The notes: generated from the letters alone by a model not told the origin. A stretch of DNA of 64,000 nt from Cenarchaeum sp. (GCA_965242695.1 CBDESU010000002.1:512001-576000); one strand, 5' to 3'. Positions 30,777 through 41,807 are shown, counted from the stretch's first letter. Program-made: numbers and translations.

Positions 30777-33003
30777 ATGGACTGCATGCGGCACGTCCTT
30801 GCGCTTCCCGACGGATGCCCGCCGGCCACGGCCGGAGTCGTCCTGCCCGGCGGGAAAGAGGCCGTGATAGGGCTTTTCAACGGCGACGCCTACAAGTGGG
30901 ACGTGCGCGACGGCAGCTATGAAAAGGTGTTCCTGGGCTGTTCAAGGATAAGCGCGATCGACATGCTGGAGGGCATGCTGCTGGTCAGCGCCAGGGACGG
31001 CCCCCTCTTCACATTGGACACAGAATCGTACGGGACGGAGACCCTGCGGCGGTGGTGGCAGTCAAAGTCGTCGCGCATATGGAAGTGCGCGTGGCTGGGC
31101 GGCGGCCGCGCCGTCATGACGTCGACCTGCGGCGCGTCCACGTCTACGAAAGGGGGGACGGCGGGACATGGGAGTACTCGCCGCTGCACGGCCACGTGCA
31201 CAGCGTGCTGGCCGTCGGCGTGCACGACGAGCTCTTGGCAACGGGCGACCGGTCGGGCAGGGTCGTCGTGTGGACGCGCCGCAACGGATCGTACTCTGCC
31301 TCGGCCAGCATGCGCGGCATGAGCGGGGCAGTCAGGGCGCTGGCATGGGTTGACGGCCGCACGCTGGTGGGCATCGACGAAAACGGGATCATGCGGCAGT
31401 TCGAGGATCCCGCCTCGGGCGGCTGGGCGGCGCGCTGCGAGCTGGACGTGGCGGTGGGCGGGGGCACGTGCCTGCACCTTGCAGACGACAAAAAGACGCT
31501 CCTGGCCGGCACGGAGGCCGAGGTCGTCCAGGTGGATCTCGAGACGATGAGGTACAAGGCGTTTCCGCTCAAGGGCGCGGTGGGCATACGCTCCGAGGGG
31601 AGCACCGCGTACGTAGTGGCAGGGGACGGCGTGCACACTCTGCCGATCGGCGCAATCGAGGAGCCGCCGGGCGCGGCGGAGTACAGGCGCATCGAGGCGA
31701 GCCTGGTCGGGCGCGCGGGAGTGGGCAAGTCTACGCTCTGCGGCGCGATGGCCCGGGCGGCCGGAGGGCAGGCGAGGGCCGGGGCGGTCGGGCCGGCGTT
31801 CGGGAGGCGCGTCTGGCAGGTCAAGATCGGGGACGGCGAAGAGGAGGGCGCGCGGCAGGTCGTGCTTTACGACCACGGCGGCCGTGGATCCGTACTGCCT
31901 GCGCTCCCCCAGGCCTCCGAGGACCCGGATGTCGTGCTTGCGCTCTTCAGGCAGGCGGATCGGGGCACGCTTGATGCCGCGCGCGAGGCCCTGAAAGGGA
32001 TGCGGACGGCGCGGCGCAACGGGGCGGCAAGGCGCTTTCTGGTGGCAACCCACGCGGACGGCGAACTTGAGGATGCGGCGGACGGCGACCTGCGGCGCGC
32101 GGCCGAGGATGCCGGCGCGGACGGCCTTTTGCGGATAGACGCCCGGACGGCAGAGGGCGCCGGGGAGGTCGGGAACCTGCTCCGCGATGCGCGGCTGTGG
32201 AGCGGCGCCTGCAGGTCGTCAAGTCGGGGCGCATCCGCGCGGTCGAGGCGGCCCTGGACCGCCTGAAAGGCGCGGGGGGCAGGCCCGTCCTGGGCCTCGG
32301 CGAGATAAGATCCGCGAGCGAGGGGCCTGCACGAACGGCCATCCCGGAGGCGCATCTCGACTGCCTGCTCAGGGGCATGGACCGGAGGGGCCTGCTGACG
32401 TACTATGGAGAGATCGGGCAGGTCGTCCTCGACGACGCGGACCACGACAGGGTGCGCAGCGGGATACGCATGCTTGCAGAGCGGTGCGATGGGATCGTCG
32501 AGGAAAGCAGGGTCGAGCAAGAGTACGGAGGGTCGCGGTACGCCGAACCCGTCCTGTCGGCGCTCAGGGCAAGCGGCGCCTTTGTCAAGTGCCGGGACCG
32601 CCTGGTGTTCCCCCGCCTGCTCAGGGACGGCCAGGCCGATGTGCCGGACTGGTTCAGGGAGCGGTTCCAAGGCCCGATGTTTGGCGAGACCCTTGCCTTT
32701 GATGCCGAAAGCGTCGATGCGGCGGAGCTGATCAGGGCCGCCGCCAGCCTCAACCTTCCGTGCGTCGATGCCACCAGGACGGGGGCTCTCTTCGCCTCAA
32801 GGGGAGGCGCCGGCCTGTACTACGACGTCTCGTCCGCGGGCGGCCCCATCGAAGGACCGCACACGCGTATCGCGTACAGGGTGGGCGGCACCAGAAGGGT
32901 CTTTTGCAAGGCGCTCGCCGACGAGTTTGCGACCCTTGCGCGGCGGATCGCCGGCCCGGAGATGCCGCAGCTCACAGAGGCGCCGGCAGCGAGTGCGCAG
33001 TGA
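30777..33003 (+). pseudogene. WD40 beta-propeller + Roc-type GTPase + COR-like protein, split by two frameshifts (about 31135 and about 32210)
   Basis: WD repeats (GHVHSVLAVGVHDELLATGDRSGRVVVW), P-loop GRAGVGKST, G3 YDHGG and G4 VATHAD. Three consecutive overlapping frames. TTATAT box at 30749-30754. Confidence 0.7.
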
Positions 33004-33004
33004 C

Positions 33005-33433
33005 ATGGATGGCAAGGGGCGGATATGCAAAGTCTGCCCGCCGTTCGCGGGCGAGCGGCGGGAGTGCGTCGGGCAGGCAGCCGGGGCCATGGCCGACAGC
33101 CAGGCGCGGGTCTTTTACGACGGGTCTGCCGCAAACATGCGGGGCGGGGATCCCTCCGCCTGCTTTGAAGGGGTGTACTGCTCGCTGTCATGCTACTGCA
33201 TGATATTTTCTTCGCGCGGGTACGCGGCAAAAATGTGGCCGTCGCTTGAGCGGGCGCATGCGATCGCCAGGCGGATCAGGGACAGGGGAGACTGCGTGCT
33301 GCCGGCTGCGGCGGGCGGCGCCAGGGTGCCCGCCCGCCCGCGACGGTATTCGACGAGGATGCCCGCACAAAGTCTCCGCGGGAGATTGCGGGGGCGTTTG
33401 TGCGCCTGCTTCGATGGCAGGAATGCCTGCTAG
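33005..33433 (+). CDS. Small Cys-rich hypothetical protein
   Basis: ATG 1 nt after the preceding stop. CKVC and CSLSCYC motifs. Confidence 0.4.
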   Translation: MDGKGRICKVCPPFAGERRECVGQAAGAMADSQARVFYDGSAANMRGGDPSACFEGVYCSLSCYCMIFSSRGYAAKMWPSLERAHAIARRIRDRGDCVLPAAAGGARVPARPRRYSTRMPAQSLRGRLRGRLCACFDGRNAC

Positions 33434-33546
33434 TGCAGACGGTGCAGGGCGGCGGCCCCGGCGCGGGGCGTCAGTGGCCCAATGCGCACAGCCACGGAAA
33501 CAGGGTCGGCGAAATCTCATATACGGCCGGCCGCCGCGCCAAGCGC

Positions 33547-34284
33547 ATGTATGCGGCGGACGGAGCGCCCGCGGGGGCGGGGGGCACGGGGCAGGCGGGC
33601 GGCGATGCGCACGGCACGGGGCAGGCCACGACCGCCGGAGGGGGCGACGCCATCCTGATCGCTGCGAACCGCAGGGGCTACGAGGCGCCCAAGCCGGACA
33701 TGGCAGGCGCGGAGATCAAGGAAATGGCAGGCGCGGTGCGGCGCCACGCGCTCGTACTCGCGGCCGGAGATCCGGGCGGAAGCCCCGGCAGGGGCAGCGC
33801 GGCGCGCGGCGACGATCACGGCGAGTATGTCGAGACCGTCTGTGCGCGGGCAGTGCACGGCGGGGACGGCGCCGCGCGCGGCCCCGTAAGCAGGGCGGCC
33901 GCGCCGGCCGATCTGCCTCCAAAGCTGCGCGAGCACATGGCTGTCCTAGAGGGCAGGGGCTACAAGGTCGAGGCGATCGACAATGGCGAGATAGGCATCG
34001 TCATAAAGGACTACAAGATCCCCGGCCGCATCTGGAGCAGGGAGACTGCGGACCTCAGGCTCTCGACTGACTCGGCGTACCCAGAGACCAAGATCGGGGC
34101 GTTCTGGCTCTGTCCCCCCGTGTCGCGCAGGAACGGAGACACCATAAGGGGGGCGGGCAGCACCGTATGGCAGGGCAGGACATGGCAGACGTTCTGCTGG
34201 TACGTGGTGCACTGGGATCCCAGGCACGACAACCTGCTGACGCACCTGGATGTGGTCGACGACAGGATGTGGAGGGACGAGTAA
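33547..34284 (+). CDS. Ubiquitin-like (multi-ubiquitin type) + prokaryotic E2 (family E) fusion
   Basis: ILIAANRRGYEAPKPDMAGAEIKEMAG (Ubl-like), then EIGIVIKDYKIP...YPETKIGAFW...WQTFCWY...WDPRHDNLLTHL. Paralog of 44605-45374. Confidence 0.78.
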   Translation: MYAADGAPAGAGGTGQAGGDAHGTGQATTAGGGDAILIAANRRGYEAPKPDMAGAEIKEMAGAVRRHALVLAAGDPGGSPGRGSAARGDDHGEYVETVCARAVHGGDGAARGPVSRAAAPADLPPKLREHMAVLEGRGYKVEAIDNGEIGIVIKDYKIPGRIWSRETADLRLSTDSAYPETKIGAFWLCPPVSRRNGDTIRGAGSTVWQGRTWQTFCWYVVHWDPRHDNLLTHLDVVDDRMWRDE

Positions 34285-34569
34285 CACGAGCGCCGCCGGG
34301 ACTGCCGCCGAGCAACCGGGCGCCCAAAAGTCGGCCTGGCGGACGGCGGGGGGAGTCGCCAGCGTTCACGGCCGCGGGCCGCCTCGAGTGCGTGGCAAGC
34401 GAGCCAGACTGTGAGGGTGTGCGGAGGCGAGTTTTGGCTGCGGCTGGATGGGCGGCAATTTTGCCGGCAGCCGGGCAAAAGCCGCCCAAGTGCCGGCACG
34501 CGCGCCGCCGTCGCGGGACCGATCAGCCTGTGGACTGGGTCTTGCAAGGTATTCCGGGCATTCCAGCCC

Positions 34570-35770
34570 CGCCAGGTCCTCGTCTGGCGTGCTTCCTGAC
34601 GATATGGCGAACAGTATGTCCGGGCGGGGCGCGGGCATCCCGTCGACTTCCTTCGTCATGGAAAGCTCCTCTTCCGCAACGCAGCCTAGGTTTCCAAGCG
34701 AGGCGCCTACAATCCTGCAGTTCTCGTGCGTTTGAGCGGCCTCCTCGACGGCGTCCCCGAGCTGGTGCCCCCCATTGGCTCCCGTCAAACGGCGTAGGCG
34801 CGGTAGTCGTACACGACCTTGGTCGAGCAGTCCAGACTTGCGGGCGGAGCGCGCCTGGATCGGATGTGTCCTGTGCTCCCGTACGGAGCCTCTCCGCAAC
34901 GGGCGCGCCGCGCCCGCCGCCGTCGACGGGTGGCGCCGTCCCGCCCCCGATCGCGTCCCTTGGCAGCGGATGGCTGCTTGCCCCCTAGTCGACGGCGGGC
35001 ACTCGCTACATGCCGGGCCCGGGGGCCGCCGCCGGGGCGGCGCCGCCGCGGCCGCGGCCCGTCCGCGCCCTGATGCCCGTGCGGGGCGGCCGGTCGATGC
35101 GGGCGACCTCCCGCATCTTCGATATCTTTTCGAGCAGGGGCCGGTCGCACCGAACCCTGAGCGCGCAGTAGCCGTCCGTCGTCATCTGGTCCGTGATGCG
35201 GCCGCCGTCGCCGCTGACCACCGCCCGCATGCCGCCCATGAACCTGGACAGCCGCTCGTCATCCAGCCTCCATATTTCCACGTCTACGTACTCTTGCCCG
35301 CTCTCCGGCAGCGGCCTGCGCGACAGGCCCGCGCCGATTTTTTCTTCCGGCGGAATCTCCCGGATGGCGCGCACCTGGTCCATAAAGCTGCCCGTCTTTG
35401 CCGCAGCATGCCGCTCCAGCTTCCGCCGAAGCCTTGCAAAGCTGGGATCGTCCGTGAGCCCGACCCAGTATCCGCTCCCGGCGGGCGCCGACGACACCGT
35501 CTCGATCCCCACGCCCGCAAGGGATCTGCGGAACGTCTCTTCGCGGACCCTCGAGTAGAGCTCCACCTTGAAGACCAGGTTCGGGCTAGGGAGCGAGCCC
35601 GCCGACTCCTTGTCCCGCCGGTACGACTCGCCCATTTCGTCGAGCAGCCTGGCCTGGGCGCGGGCGAACGCCGCGGGATCCCTGCCGGCCCTCTTGGCGG
35701 GCGCCCGCCTGGATCTTGGCCTGCCGGGCTCGCCCGCCCCTTGCAGGCCGGGGCGCCGGCGCCGCATCAT
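34570..35770 (-). pseudogene. Decayed S8 subtilisin-like protease (IetS-like): open N-terminal part 35006-35770, degraded catalytic region downstream
   Basis: N-terminal YVDVEIWR region follows the AAA gene. Downstream remnants VD*GASSHPL, DGGGRGAPVA (cf. DxxGHGTxVA), HENCRIVGASLG and DILFAISSG. Confidence 0.6.
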
Positions 35771-35771
35771 G

Positions 35772-36668
35772 CTAGCGGGCATCCGGCCCGACCGCCTCGA
35801 TGCGCCGCCTCTGCCCCTCTATGGCGCGCCTCACGCCGGCCTCGTCGACCGAGTCGGCGCCGCCGACCACCGCCTCCCGCAGCGCATCCTCGCTCGCCTT
35901 TGCGACGTCGGCCGCGGAGAATCTGTCCGTCATTCCGGCCAGCTCCCCGTACGGCATGCGGCCCGACTTCTTGAGGGCGCCCAGGTACTTTTCAAGCAGC
36001 CTCTCCCTCCTGCCCCGGTCTGGGTTGTCGTAGTATACGACATCGTCGAACCTCCGCCAGAGCGCCCGGTCGAGCAGGTGCTGGTGGTTGGTCGCCGCCA
36101 GTATGATGCTCCGCCCCCTAAAGTCGTCCATCATCTGCATGAAGTTGTTGACGAGCCGCTTGATCTCGCCGTGCTCGTGGGGATCGTCCCGCTTTTTGCC
36201 GACAATGTCGAACTCGTCGAACATGACGACGAACCTCCCGCTCTCGGCGAACTCGAATATCCGCCTCAGGTTCGAGGCCGTCTCGCCCAGGTACGGCGAT
36301 ACGATCGAGTCGAACATGACATGGACCAGCCTGTACCCCATCGCGGTGGCCACCACCTTGGCCGTGAGGGTCTTGCCGGTGCCCGGGGGCCCGCACAAGA
36401 GCACCCTGCTTGTCGGCCGCAGTCCGTAGCGGAGCAGGTCGTCGAACGCCTTGTTCTCGTCGACGATCCTCTCGAGCCGCGCCCTGACGTCGCCGGCGAC
36501 GATCAGGTCGTCGAACGCGTGGTGCTCGTCGCGCACCTGGAGCAGCGGGATGCCCTTGTCGGCGTCGCGGGGAATGACGAGCGGGCGGCGGGCGGGAGGG
36601 GCGCGGCTCTCCTTGGCCCTGCGGGGGCGCGGCCGCCTGACCAGGGTGCCGGCCTCTGTGGCTGCCAT
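35772..36668 (-). CDS. AAA+ ATPase (IetA-like)
   Basis: LLCGPPGTGKT, YLGETASNL, FDEFD, GEIKRLVN and AATNH..LDRALWRRFD motifs. Confidence 0.88.
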   Translation of the reverse strand: MAATEAGTLVRRPRPRRAKESRAPPARRPLVIPRDADKGIPLLQVRDEHHAFDDLIVAGDVRARLERIVDENKAFDDLLRYGLRPTSRVLLCGPPGTGKTLTAKVVATAMGYRLVHVMFDSIVSPYLGETASNLRRIFEFAESGRFVVMFDEFDIVGKKRDDPHEHGEIKRLVNNFMQMMDDFRGRSIILAATNHQHLLDRALWRRFDDVVYYDNPDRGRRERLLEKYLGALKKSGRMPYGELAGMTDRFSAADVAKASEDALREAVVGGADSVDEAGVRRAIEGQRRRIEAVGPDAR

Positions 36669-37548
36669 GCGGTCGCGCCGCCTGGGGCCGATTTAACCGC
36701 TTTGTGCCCGGGCCGGCGCCGGCCGCGTGCGGATGCCGCCGCGCGCCCGCGGCGGGCCGCGCTTCGGGGCGTGGGAGTGGGGGGGGGGACGGCGCCTGCA
36801 ATTGCCTGCATTCCGGCACGTCGCCCGGCGATGGGGGCGGGAATGCCGCGGTCCGGCGCGCGGTGCGCTCGGGGCGATTCGCAGGCGGCGCCTGCCGGCG
36901 GGCGCGCGGCTGGCAGCCCGCTGCCGCCCTCCTTTTCGGAGCCGGTCGCTCGCCTCCCGGGCGACACGATCGCCGTTGTCACAAAGCGTGATGGCCCGCA
37001 CATGGCGGCCGGCACGCACGGCGCCGTGATCAGGCTGCGCCGCACGTTGAAGCGGCCCAAAATGGGCAGCTTTGCGCGCTCGAACGGCCGGTACAAGTAC
37101 AGGCGTGCCGCCGTTGAAAGCCGCCTCGCGGCCGCCCGGGCCGGCGTTGTGGTTTCTGTAATGCCCGACCGGGAGGCGGCTGTGCCGGGGCATGCCAAAA
37201 AATATCGACCCCTGTCGGGAGGCTCAGGCCGCGGCCCGCCGGTGCGCCACCTGCCGCTCCTCTCCTTCCCCTCCCCCCGGCCGCGCATTTCCGCCTGCCG
37301 AGATCCCGCCGCCTCGCCGGGGCGCGCCCGGCGCCCCCTGCCGCACTGCATGCGCATCTCGAGCGGCGGGGCCTGCCTGCCGGCCGAGGCCGCACTCTGC
37401 GACGCCCGCCTTCACAGGTTGCAGTGTGCACGGCGCAGCGTCGACCGCACCCGGCTACCCGACGCGGCCGCCTCCTCGCGATCCCCTGCCAAGGAGTCGG
37501 GCCTACGGCTTGTGGCCGGCCGGTTCCGCCTCGAAGAGAAGGGGAGGT

Positions 37549-38028
37549 TCACCGCGGCAGCCTGCGCCTGAACTCTAGGATGGCCGACATGGCCGCGGCC
37601 GCCTCTTTGCGAGTAAACTGCGGCTTTTGGCTCAGCAGATCCTCCACTGCGGCATCGGCATCCTTGGCAGAAGCGCTGCGCCGCGGCAAGAGGTACCACA
37701 GCGATGCGTACAGCTCCAACGTCTTGGCAGAGTTGATCCCTCTTCCGAGCAGGCCCTTCATTCTTGCCACCACGCCCTCTTCATGCGGGGTCAGGCGCAG
37801 GTCTTCGCCCAGCCTGCCCATGGACTCGTGCCTGAACAGCTCCCTGGTCAGCGTAGGCGAGTACGGGCCGCGGTGGTACCACGAGAACATGAACCCGCCG
37901 GACGCCCCAAGCTCCCGCGCCAGGTAGCCTAGCTTCTGCAGCCGGAGGCGGTCCTCAAACCCGGCAAGCGACACGCCGCAGAACGAGTTTACTATCTTCA
38001 TGGTCTCGTTTTCATGCGCCGGCTCCAT
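37549..38028 (-). CDS. YwgA/DarG-CTD-like wHTH protein
   Basis: DRLRLQKLGYL...FSWYHRGPYSPTL...LELYASLWYL...KPQF. TTAATAAA box at about 38050-38057. Confidence 0.78.
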   Translation of the reverse strand: MEPAHENETMKIVNSFCGVSLAGFEDRLRLQKLGYLARELGASGGFMFSWYHRGPYSPTLTRELFRHESMGRLGEDLRLTPHEEGVVARMKGLLGRGINSAKTLELYASLWYLLPRRSASAKDADAAVEDLLSQKPQFTRKEAAAAMSAILEFRRRLPR

Positions 38029-38251
38029 GCGGGCGCGCGGCGAGGGCCATTTATTAAGATTCTTAGGTCGGGCGCTGGTCGATGGTAACCGGGCCGCGCC
38101 TGCCAACGGGTCGGAGGGATGGGAGGCAGGGCGGCGGCCAAGCCGCGTATGCGGCTACCCGCCTGGCCGCCCGCTCGGCCCTGAACGGAAGGACCGCGTT
38201 CCCTTTCGGCAAGGCAGAGACTTCAAGGGGATCTGGCGGGGGGGACTATAC

Positions 38252-39118
38252 GTGACGGATGCAGATACCCCGGGCGGCGGGAAAGGCCGCAGTGAAAAGG
38301 GTGCGGCGGCGGCCAGCCATTTCCTCATCGATGCGCTGCCAGAGTCCGACCGCTCGTCCGCCCGCGACACCTGCAACGCGATAAGGATCAACAGGGCGAT
38401 CGGCGCGCCGAGCCCGCCCGGGGACGACGCGGTTAGGACGCTGGAGCGCGTCGCCATGGCATACGAGCTGGCCGCAATAGACCAGTGGCCCGGCCACGCC
38501 GGAGGCAACGGCAACGGCGACGGGAGCGAAAACTTCCAGCGAACGTGCGCCGAGTGCTTTGCCCTGATGGAGGCGTGCCCCATCCCCGCCGACCCGGTCC
38601 AAATGATCGGCCACGTGCTGCGGGCCGTCTCGTACGCGTACATGGGGGAAAGGCGGGAGGATGCGAGGCGGTACGCAAGGGAGACGGCGCCGCCGCCCCC
38701 GGCCGGCGGCGTGGGCCCGCCAGGGGAGTGGGAGCGCCGCATCCTGTTCGGCATCTACGGCGCCGTCATGCTTGCGGTCGGGGAGGAGGGTCCGGAGGAT
38801 CTTGCAAGGGCATCGGAGGCCATCGCCGGCCTCAGGCGCGACCAGGCGGGGCACGAAAGGCCCTACTTCGAGTCGCTCGAGCCGGCGTACAGGGCCACGG
38901 CCGCGCACAGGCTCGTATCGCTGTACCACCTTGCAAAGTGCACCGACATGGTATGCGAGTACATGCGAAGCGGCTCGCCTGCGGACATAGGGGCGCTCCT
39001 AGACTGCCACTTTGACATTGCGTTGCGGCACAGCGACATCGGCGGCGCCGGATCGGCCGAACTGGACACACTTCTTCGAATCGTGCGGCCCATGTTCGCA
39101 AAGATGGTGGGCGGCTAG
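38252..39118 (+). CDS. Stand-alone paralog of the helicase N-terminal helical domain (diverged copy)
   Basis: VAMAYELA, MEACPIP, YAYMGER, LVSLYHLAK, LDCHFD and GSAELDTLLRIVRPMFAKM all match residues ~15-310 of 13651-16998. Confidence 0.8.
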   Translation: MTDADTPGGGKGRSEKGAAAASHFLIDALPESDRSSARDTCNAIRINRAIGAPSPPGDDAVRTLERVAMAYELAAIDQWPGHAGGNGNGDGSENFQRTCAECFALMEACPIPADPVQMIGHVLRAVSYAYMGERREDARRYARETAPPPPAGGVGPPGEWERRILFGIYGAVMLAVGEEGPEDLARASEAIAGLRRDQAGHERPYFESLEPAYRATAAHRLVSLYHLAKCTDMVCEYMRSGSPADIGALLDCHFDIALRHSDIGGAGSAELDTLLRIVRPMFAKMVGG

Positions 39119-39232
39119 GCCGCATCCGTGCGCCGGCAGGGGGGCGCGCCTGCAGGCATCCGGCGCGGGCCGGGTAGGGGCGGATCCGGCGCCGGGCAAA
39201 GCTTTTTCACGGGCCCCCTCGCGGGCGCGGCC

Positions 39233-39700
39233 GTGAGAAAGACCGACCTGCTCCTCCTGCTCCTGTACGTCTACGACCGCCGCCCCGTCGCCGGGCTGAC
39301 GCGGCTCGTCAAGCTCCTGTTTCTGGCGCAGGCGGAGGCGCTGCCCGACGATCCGCTGCGCGCGCGCGGGTGCGCCCCGTTCGACTTTGTGGCCCACCGC
39401 TTTGGCCCGTTCACGTTCGACATATACGACGAAGTCGAGTTCTTAAAGTCGGTCGGGATGATGGCCGGCGATGATAACGACGACGATGACGGGCAGTTTC
39501 GCATCACGGACAAGGGATGCAGGTTCGCCGAGCAGCGCCTGCTGCAGAGGATTCCCGCCGATCAGATCGAGGGCATCGAGGAGGTCAAGAAAAAGCACTG
39601 CGACGAAGATCTCGACGATCTCTTCTACTACGTCTATACAAAGTATCCCGCGTACACCGTCAGGACCGAGATCCTCGACAGGGTGCTGAGGCGCAGGTAA
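39233..39700 (+). CDS. YwgA/SocA-like wHTH protein
   Basis: GLTRLVKLLFLAQ...FVAHRFGPFTFDIYDEVEFL...FRITDKG...YVYTKYPAYT. Confidence 0.8.
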   Translation: MRKTDLLLLLLYVYDRRPVAGLTRLVKLLFLAQAEALPDDPLRARGCAPFDFVAHRFGPFTFDIYDEVEFLKSVGMMAGDDNDDDDGQFRITDKGCRFAEQRLLQRIPADQIEGIEEVKKKHCDEDLDDLFYYVYTKYPAYTVRTEILDRVLRRR

Positions 39701-40007
39701 GCCGGGCCGGCAACGCGCCGCCTGCGGGCCGGCAGGCCGGGCGATGGCGCCCGGCGCCACGCCGCCAAGTATGCGGGCGGCGGAGCCGATCCGTCGTACA
39801 GTGCGTGCGGTGGAGGCGGCGGAGGCGGAATGTCCACATGGCGGGGCCCCGCGGCGGTAGCGAACGCCACGGCCGAGATGGAAGTAGCGCGGGGGCCCGC
39901 GGCGACAGCGGGCGTGCACGGGCCGCAACGACAGGGGCCAGGCATTGCCGCCGCGCCGCGTCCGACAGGACGCAAGGCCTTTATAGATTTTCCCGCCGGC
40001 CGCCCCC

Positions 40008-40517
40008 GTGTCGGCAGTGACGGATCCGGACGGCGCAGCCCGGGTGCTGCGCGTGCTGCGCACCTTTGGCCCCCTCGACACGGACAGCTTTGACAGCCGC
40101 CTGAGGCTGCAAATGCTCGCATACCTGATACAGGAGATCGGCGGCGGGGGGCCATACGTGCACCACTGGGCCATGCGCGGCCCGTACTCGGCGGGGCTCA
40201 CGGAGGATCTGGACGACGACAAGGAAAGGGGAGGCGGGGATCCAGCTGCGGATATCTCGGACGGCGACAGGGAGCTGGCGCAGCGGGTGAGGTCCCTCGT
40301 GGGCGACGTAGACGACCCCCTAGAGTCCGAGCTCTACGCATCGGTGTGGTTCTTGGCCCCCGCCAGGAGGCTGTCCGACTCGGAAAGGGCGCACATTAGG
40401 GAGAGCATGCGGCGCGCAAAGCCCCACTTTGCAAAGGAGCGGGTCGGCGAGGCGCTCGGCGCCATAGAGGCGTTCCGCGCGGGGAGCGGCGCGGCGCCGC
40501 AGGGCAGCGCAGGCTAG
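40008..40517 (+). CDS. YwgA/DarG-CTD-like wHTH protein
   Basis: SRLRLQMLAYLIQ...HWAMRGPYSAGL...ELYASVWFL...KPHF. TTTATA box at about 39980. Confidence 0.78.
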   Translation: MSAVTDPDGAARVLRVLRTFGPLDTDSFDSRLRLQMLAYLIQEIGGGGPYVHHWAMRGPYSAGLTEDLDDDKERGGGDPAADISDGDRELAQRVRSLVGDVDDPLESELYASVWFLAPARRLSDSERAHIRESMRRAKPHFAKERVGEALGAIEAFRAGSGAAPQGSAG

Positions 40518-40800
40518 GCCGCGCCCGCCCCTGCCGCCCCGGCCGGCCAGGGCCGATGCCAAGGCGGGCGCAAGCCCGTCCCCGTCGTCCTGGACGGCGG
40601 CGCTGGCGCAGAGCGGGCGCGTCGATGCCTGCAAGTCCGCCTTTACGGGGACGAAGAGGGGGGGGCATTCCGCCGGGCCCGCCGGCATGCCGCATCCCGG
40701 CGCACAGATCCCGCACGCTTCCCGGCTCGGGCCACGCCGCCGCGGCGCGCGACGGGCTGCCGCCATCCACCCTTTTATGCAGCCGCCGCAGCGGCCGACG

Positions 40801-41802
40801 GTGCAGCAAGGCGACGCGGCGCGTTCCATAATCGACGAGCTGGACAAGGACAGGGTGCGCGCCGCGTTCGAGGCCGTGCGCAGGCTAGAGACGGAGCGAG
40901 CGAGGGCGAAGGAAGGCGGGCGCGGCGTGGCAGGGGCGGCTGCAAATGCGGGCAGCATGGACGACATCAAGTACGTGGCCACGGCGTACGAGATGTCCGC
41001 CATATTCATGTGGCGGTACGCGGCGCGCGGCGGAGGCGCGGCGGCGGATGCCAAGGGGGAGGAGGCGGGCGCGGCGCGGCGCGCCGGCGAGCTGGAAGGC
41101 CTGTGCCGCACGGCCTTTGCCTTGATGGGGGCGTGCCCCGTGCCGGACAAGCCGGTCCAAAAGATCTGCCATGTCCTGTCCTTGTTCTCGTACGCGTATG
41201 TGGGCGGGAGGGGGGAGGACATGGGGCACTACCTTGACGAGCGCGGCGAAGAGGCGTCCCTGCCCGAGGTCAAGGTGGAGGGATCCGGCATGGGCTGGGA
41301 GTACGACATGCTGGCCGGAATATACTCGGCCCTGCTGTGCGTCATCAGGGGGCGCGACGCGGCCGAGCTGCGGCGCGCACGCGGCACGATAGCGCGCCTG
41401 CGCCGCATGCAGGGGCTGCACGAGCGGGACCACATCGAGTCGTTTGCGCCCGAGCACAGGTTCTGGCCCGCGCGCCGCCTCGCCGCACTGTACCACCTGG
41501 CGAGGTGCGTCGAGCTGCTCGCCGAGTTCATGGAGACGGGCAGGCCCGGCGGCATCGAGCGGGAGCTCGACTTCCACTTTGACGAGGCGTTTAGCCACGG
41601 CTGCGATGCGGGATCGGCCGAGCTTGACGTGCTGCTCCGGACGGTGCGGCCCGCGTTCGTGAGGATGGCAAGGGGCGCTGCCGGGGCGCCGGCAGGGCCG
41701 GCGGGCAACGGCAACGGCGCGGCCTGCCTGGCCGGCCGGAGGGGCCCGGACGGGGGCGATACAGAATCGACCCGACAGCAGACGGAAAAAAGGCAGGGGT
41801 GA
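40801..41802 (+). CDS. Stand-alone paralog of the helicase N-terminal helical domain (recent, highly similar copy)
   Basis: Long near-identical stretches with about 13720-14570 (YLDERGEE.SLPEVKVEGSG.GWE.DMLAGIY, ELLAEFMETGRP, DAGSAELDVLLR). Homology ends at about 41670. TTTTAT box at 40773. Confidence 0.85.
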   Translation: MQQGDAARSIIDELDKDRVRAAFEAVRRLETERARAKEGGRGVAGAAANAGSMDDIKYVATAYEMSAIFMWRYAARGGGAAADAKGEEAGAARRAGELEGLCRTAFALMGACPVPDKPVQKICHVLSLFSYAYVGGRGEDMGHYLDERGEEASLPEVKVEGSGMGWEYDMLAGIYSALLCVIRGRDAAELRRARGTIARLRRMQGLHERDHIESFAPEHRFWPARRLAALYHLARCVELLAEFMETGRPGGIERELDFHFDEAFSHGCDAGSAELDVLLRTVRPAFVRMARGAAGAPAGPAGNGNGAACLAGRRGPDGGDTESTRQQTEKRQG

Positions 41803-41807
41803 CGCCC

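Noticed and set aside
35568-37571. 667-aa plus-strand ORF
   Set aside because: Antisense to the AAA ATPase, then low-complexity GC-rich sequence; no motifs.
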